Part shown: positions 37,038 through 40,606 of the stretch, in pieces
Position numbering within the stretch: the first letter of the stretch is position 1
How the letters are laid out: every line of letters starts with the position of its first letter
Assembly (NCBI GenBank): GCA_041611635.1
Contig: JBFIMP010000001.1
Coordinates: 1 to 40,606 of the forward strand
From: Christiangramia sp.
GTDB lineage: Bacteria > Bacteroidota > Bacteroidia > Flavobacteriales > Flavobacteriaceae
Reading direction: 5' to 3'
Length of the DNA: 40,606 nucleotides
Position numbers and translations under genes: made by a program
The notes under the pieces: generated by a model
What the model saw: the letters and a program-made list of their open reading frames with translations, nothing else
What the model was told of the DNA's origin: nothing
Database searches by the model: none

Positions 37038-37907
37038 TTGAAGATATTAGAAACGCATATAGTTCCTGCAATCTTAGAAGAAGTAAGGTTGCAGGAATAT
37101 GCAGTTTCTGTTTTCACTTCCATTCAAACCCGCAGCGGACTTAAAAAAGCAATCAAGAAGGGTTTGATCCTAATAGATGGTCATAAGGCATCCACTGCCG
37201 ACTGGATAAAAGAAGGTCAGAAAATTGACCTTTTACAACCAGAATTTTCAAAAAAGAAAATTTTTAAGCTTGACCTGGATGTTTTGTTTGAAGATGAACA
37301 TATTGCCGTAGTGCATAAACCCTCTGGATTTCCTACCAGCGGGAATTTTTTCAAGACTATAGAAAATGCATTACCGCATAATCTTTCGAGATCTAAAGAA
37401 ATCGATGCGCTATCCTATCCTCTACCCGCCCATAGATTAGATAACCCCACTGCAGGAATCTTACTTTGCGCCAAAACCAGAAGTTCTCTTATAAAGCTTC
37501 AGCAGGATTTTGCCGAAAAGAAAATAGCGAAGATCTATTTCGCACTGGTTCATTATAAAATGGAAAAGGATTTAACGGTGGATTCATCAATAGAAGATAA
37601 ACCAGCATCCACCCTGGTCAAACCACAGGAATTTTTCAAGATTTTTAATAGTTTTTATACACTGGTTGAAGCAAAACCGTTAACAGGAAAGACACATCAA
37701 ATAAGGATACATCTAAGCAGAAATGAACATCCTATTGTAGGTGATGAAATTTATGGAATCAAAGAAGATGATTACTTCAGGAATAAAAACCTTTTTCTTT
37801 TTTCCGGGGGAATACACTTCTCACATCCAGTTACCAAAGATGAAATGAACCTGAAACTCGAGCTACCAAAGAGATTCAGAAACCTTGGTAATTACAGGGT
37901 GTATTAA
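37038..37907 (+). CDS. RluA-family pseudouridine synthase with S4-like N-terminus
   Basis: HKPSG, catalytic HRLD, TGKTHQIRIH, PIVGD. TTG start. Confidence 0.88.
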   Translation: MKILETHIVPAILEEVRLQEYAVSVFTSIQTRSGLKKAIKKGLILIDGHKASTADWIKEGQKIDLLQPEFSKKKIFKLDLDVLFEDEHIAVVHKPSGFPTSGNFFKTIENALPHNLSRSKEIDALSYPLPAHRLDNPTAGILLCAKTRSSLIKLQQDFAEKKIAKIYFALVHYKMEKDLTVDSSIEDKPASTLVKPQEFFKIFNSFYTLVEAKPLTGKTHQIRIHLSRNEHPIVGDEIYGIKEDDYFRNKNLFLFSGGIHFSHPVTKDEMNLKLELPKRFRNLGNYRVY

Positions 37908-37988
37908 CAAAATTTTACCACTAACATTAGCTGTGCCAAAGATGAGTTGGCCTGTATTTTCCTTATTTTTGTTAGAGACGTAAAATTT

Positions 37989-39449
37989 ATGCTGAAGCAA
38001 CAATTAAATTTCAAATTATCTCAAAAGCTATCTCCTCAACAGATCCAGCTAATGAAACTTATTCAATTACCTACACAGGCATTTGAACAAAGGATCAAGC
38101 AGGAACTCGAAGAAAACCCTGCTTTAGAAGACGGTAAAGAGGAAAAAATTGATGATTATGAAGATTTGGGTAATGAGAATTCTCCTGAAGATGATTATGA
38201 CAGCGAGACTATAGAAACAGAAATTGACGTTGATGAATATCTAAGTGATGATGAGATCCCGAGTTATCGTCTTAATGCCAATAACTACAGCGCAGATGAT
38301 GAAGACAGGCAGGTACCTTATGCTGCCGGAACCTCTTTTACCCAGCACCTTAAAACGCAGTTAAGCACGGTAAGGCTTGAAGAAACTGAAGAAGAGATTG
38401 CCGAATTTCTTGTGGGTAGTGTTGATGAAAGCGGTTATATACGCCGAAGTGTACAGGACATTGTAGACGACCTGGCTTTCACCCAGAACATATATACAGA
38501 CGAAGAAACCGTAGAGAAGGTCCTTAAGAAGGTCCAGAAACTGGATCCTGCGGGCGTGGGCGCACGTAGCCTGGAAGAGTGCCTTATCATTCAGTTAAAT
38601 AGAAGAGAACCTACAAAAGATGTAGAACTCGCCAAGGATATCATGGAAAGGTCTTTTGACCATTTCAGCAAGAAACATTACACCAAATTACTATCAAGAC
38701 ATGACATCACTGAAGATGAGCTCAGGGATGCTATTGAAGTGATAGAGCATCTGAATCCCAAACCCGGAGGTGCCTATTCTGGAAATACCAGGATGGTAGA
38801 ACATGTGATCCCAGATTTTACCATAAAAATCGAAGATGGGGAATTGCAACTAACTCTCAACGGGCGAAACGCCCCTGAGATGCATATTTCCAGGGACTAT
38901 AACAACATGCTGAAGGGCTACAAGGAATCCAAGGAAAAAACGAAAGCACAAAAGGACGCGGTAATGTTTATCAAGCAAAAACTCGATGCCGCCAAGTGGT
39001 TTATAGAAGCCATTAAACAACGCCAGCAAACCTTAATGGTAACCATGAGCTCTATAATGAACTACCAGAAAGAATATTTTCTTACCGGTGACGAGCGAAA
39101 CTTGAGGCCAATGATCCTCAAGGATATTGCAGATGAGATAGAAATGGATGTCTCCACTGTTTCCAGGGTAGCAAATTCAAAATATGTAGATACCCCATAC
39201 GGAACCAAGCTTATAAAAGAGTTCTTCTCTGAATCTATGAAGAATGACCAGGGAGAAGATGTTTCTACAAGGGAGATCAAGAAAATACTGGAAATGTCTA
39301 TAGAAGAAGAGGACAAAAGAAAGCCATTAACAGACGAAAAGCTAGCTAAAGTATTAAAGGATAAAGGATATCCTATTGCCAGAAGAACAGTTGCAAAATA
39401 CAGGGAACAGTTAGAAATTCCGGTTGCCAGATTACGCAAAGAAATTTAA
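37989..39449 (+). CDS. rpoN: RNA polymerase sigma-54 factor
   Basis: Q/L-rich region I (LSPQQIQLMKLIQL), ENPALE, STVSRV, RpoN box ARRTVAKYRE. Start moved to ATG 37989; -7 TATTTTTG at 37964-37971. Confidence 0.97.
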   Translation: MLKQQLNFKLSQKLSPQQIQLMKLIQLPTQAFEQRIKQELEENPALEDGKEEKIDDYEDLGNENSPEDDYDSETIETEIDVDEYLSDDEIPSYRLNANNYSADDEDRQVPYAAGTSFTQHLKTQLSTVRLEETEEEIAEFLVGSVDESGYIRRSVQDIVDDLAFTQNIYTDEETVEKVLKKVQKLDPAGVGARSLEECLIIQLNRREPTKDVELAKDIMERSFDHFSKKHYTKLLSRHDITEDELRDAIEVIEHLNPKPGGAYSGNTRMVEHVIPDFTIKIEDGELQLTLNGRNAPEMHISRDYNNMLKGYKESKEKTKAQKDAVMFIKQKLDAAKWFIEAIKQRQQTLMVTMSSIMNYQKEYFLTGDERNLRPMILKDIADEIEMDVSTVSRVANSKYVDTPYGTKLIKEFFSESMKNDQGEDVSTREIKKILEMSIEEEDKRKPLTDEKLAKVLKDKGYPIARRTVAKYREQLEIPVARLRKEI

Positions 39450-40069
39450 TGAGAGTACTACTTAAGCTTGCCTCTTTTCTATTCCATCCGTTATGGATGC
39501 CCTTCGCCGGCAGTCTGTTCTATTTTCTTTTCACACCAAGATTTTTTCCACAGGAAATTATCAGGGCAAAATTATTAGCCATTGCCATCATCACCATATT
39601 CATTCCCATAGTGTTTTATTTTCTACTTAAAAACCTGGGAAAGGCAGAAAGTATTTTCCTGGAAAGTGTTGAAGAAAGAAAATGGCCACTATTCTTTTTT
39701 ATGTTATTAGGTTTAATGGTACTTAACCAGGTGCTTAATATCTATAATTACCCCGCTTTATTCTATTACTTTGCAGGTATTCTTATCTCTACGGCCATAG
39801 CCTTTATATTTACCTGGCTTAAGATTAAAATGAGCCTTCATATGCTAGGAATAGCAGGCCTTTTAATGTTTATTATAGGCTTCTGTTTTTACTTTCACCT
39901 GTATTTTATTTACACCATAAGCTTTCTTATAGTTGCTGCAGGGTTAAGCGCTTCATCGCGTTTATATTACAAGGCTCATACTAAATGGGAATTAATACTT
40001 GGCTTTATAACCGGCTTGGTACCCCAAATACTAATGTTTAGCTTTTGGTTTACAGAATATAGAATGTAA
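39449..40069 (+). CDS. Conserved membrane protein, PAP2-superfamily-like
   Basis: About 7 TM segments; KMSLH and SRLYYKAHT resemble PAP2 C2/C3 motifs. TAATG coupling with rpoN. Confidence 0.55.
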   Translation: MRVLLKLASFLFHPLWMPFAGSLFYFLFTPRFFPQEIIRAKLLAIAIITIFIPIVFYFLLKNLGKAESIFLESVEERKWPLFFFMLLGLMVLNQVLNIYNYPALFYYFAGILISTAIAFIFTWLKIKMSLHMLGIAGLLMFIIGFCFYFHLYFIYTISFLIVAAGLSASSRLYYKAHTKWELILGFITGLVPQILMFSFWFTEYRM

Positions 40070-40606
40070 GGCCTATTTTAAGGGTAGAAAGATCTATGGG
40101 GTTTCCATCTACCAGGGCATCCTTGAAAAATGGATTTAAGGCATAGTAGAATTGAAAATTGAAGGTATTATAACCAAACGTAAAGGTAGCTCCTAATCTG
40201 AACCTTTCTAATTCAGAAATATCATTCACAATGATTTCCTGTTCGTTATCAAGATAGCGGCTTCTGAAATGATATATATATCCCAAGCGGAATCCGCCGT
40301 AGATACGCCAGAACTTATAGGTCTGTGCTGTAGAAGTGCGCCAGCGGAACTCTATTGGAGCTTCTACCAGCTGTGTGGTAAACCTGTTGGTGCTATAATC
40401 AACTTCATCATCCAGATTTTGAAAAAAAGCCGAACCCTCATCATTCTTACCAATAAACAGATTCTGCCCATAAGTATTGATAGACCAACCCAAACCAACC
40501 CCAATGGCCACATTTCTCCTTTCATTAAAAGGAAAATCTCTAATAAAGCCAAGGTTTAATCCACCAGAGAAGCTCTCCTGAGATATTTTTGAGGGCCTAT
40601 TGGTAA
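40050..40606 (-). CDS. Outer-membrane beta-barrel / porin-family protein, 5-prime end outside the window
   Basis: The frame is open to the window edge (...SGGLNLGFIRDFPFNERRNVAIG...); amphipathic strands, PIEFRWR, C-terminal GLTFYIL. Confidence 0.7.
   Translation of the reverse strand, partial: TNRPSKISQESFSGGLNLGFIRDFPFNERRNVAIGVGLGWSINTYGQNLFIGKNDEGSAFFQNLDDEVDYSTNRFTTQLVEAPIEFRWRTSTAQTYKFWRIYGGFRLGYIYHFRSRYLDNEQEIIVNDISELERFRLGATFTFGYNTFNFQFYYALNPFFKDALVDGNPIDLSTLKIGLTFYIL

Noticed and set aside
1819-40559. Many 60-157 aa ORFs nested in or antisense to well-supported genes (e.g. 1819-2163, 9937-10281, 24997-25470, 39062-39439)
   Set aside because: Shadow frames of conserved genes with no recognisable motifs.

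Overview
An AT-rich, mostly core-genome stretch from a Bacteroidota bacterium, most likely Flavobacteriaceae: many TAnnTTTG -7 promoter elements, a T9SS C-terminal-domain protein and typical flavobacterial gene content. It holds about 38 longer protein genes and no tRNA, rRNA, CRISPR array or transposase that I can see. Blocks in order: (1) a REP/REPIN-like palindrome array, tRNA m6A37 methyltransferase, acyl-CoA dehydrogenase and an SRPBCC protein; (2) an iron/Fe-S locus in which DUF3050 (heme-oxygenase-like diiron fold) converges on an mrp-nfu-FNR-ferredoxin operon; (3) trmB-lysE-ATL and a glycosyltransferase; (4) a PhoR/PhoP-type two-component system divergent from a TonB-dependent transporter plus surface lipoprotein; (5) a CTD-only T9SS protein, a LuxE-like protein and tyrS; (6) housekeeping genes (pyrC, Dpm1-like, hemD-like, pckA, saccharopine dehydrogenase, Lrp, pyrH, frr, MMPL, asnS, RluA, rpoN). 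The most interesting items are missed by the ORF track: a 59-aa Cys-rich microprotein (CC-x8-C-x2-C) in the Fe-S locus, near an Mrp that lacks its canonical cluster-binding cysteines; a structured three-hairpin candidate sRNA facing a 29-aa transmembrane peptide downstream of tyrS; and six in-phase 11-bp Pho-box-like repeats. All family calls are from motif recognition by eye; no database search was run.
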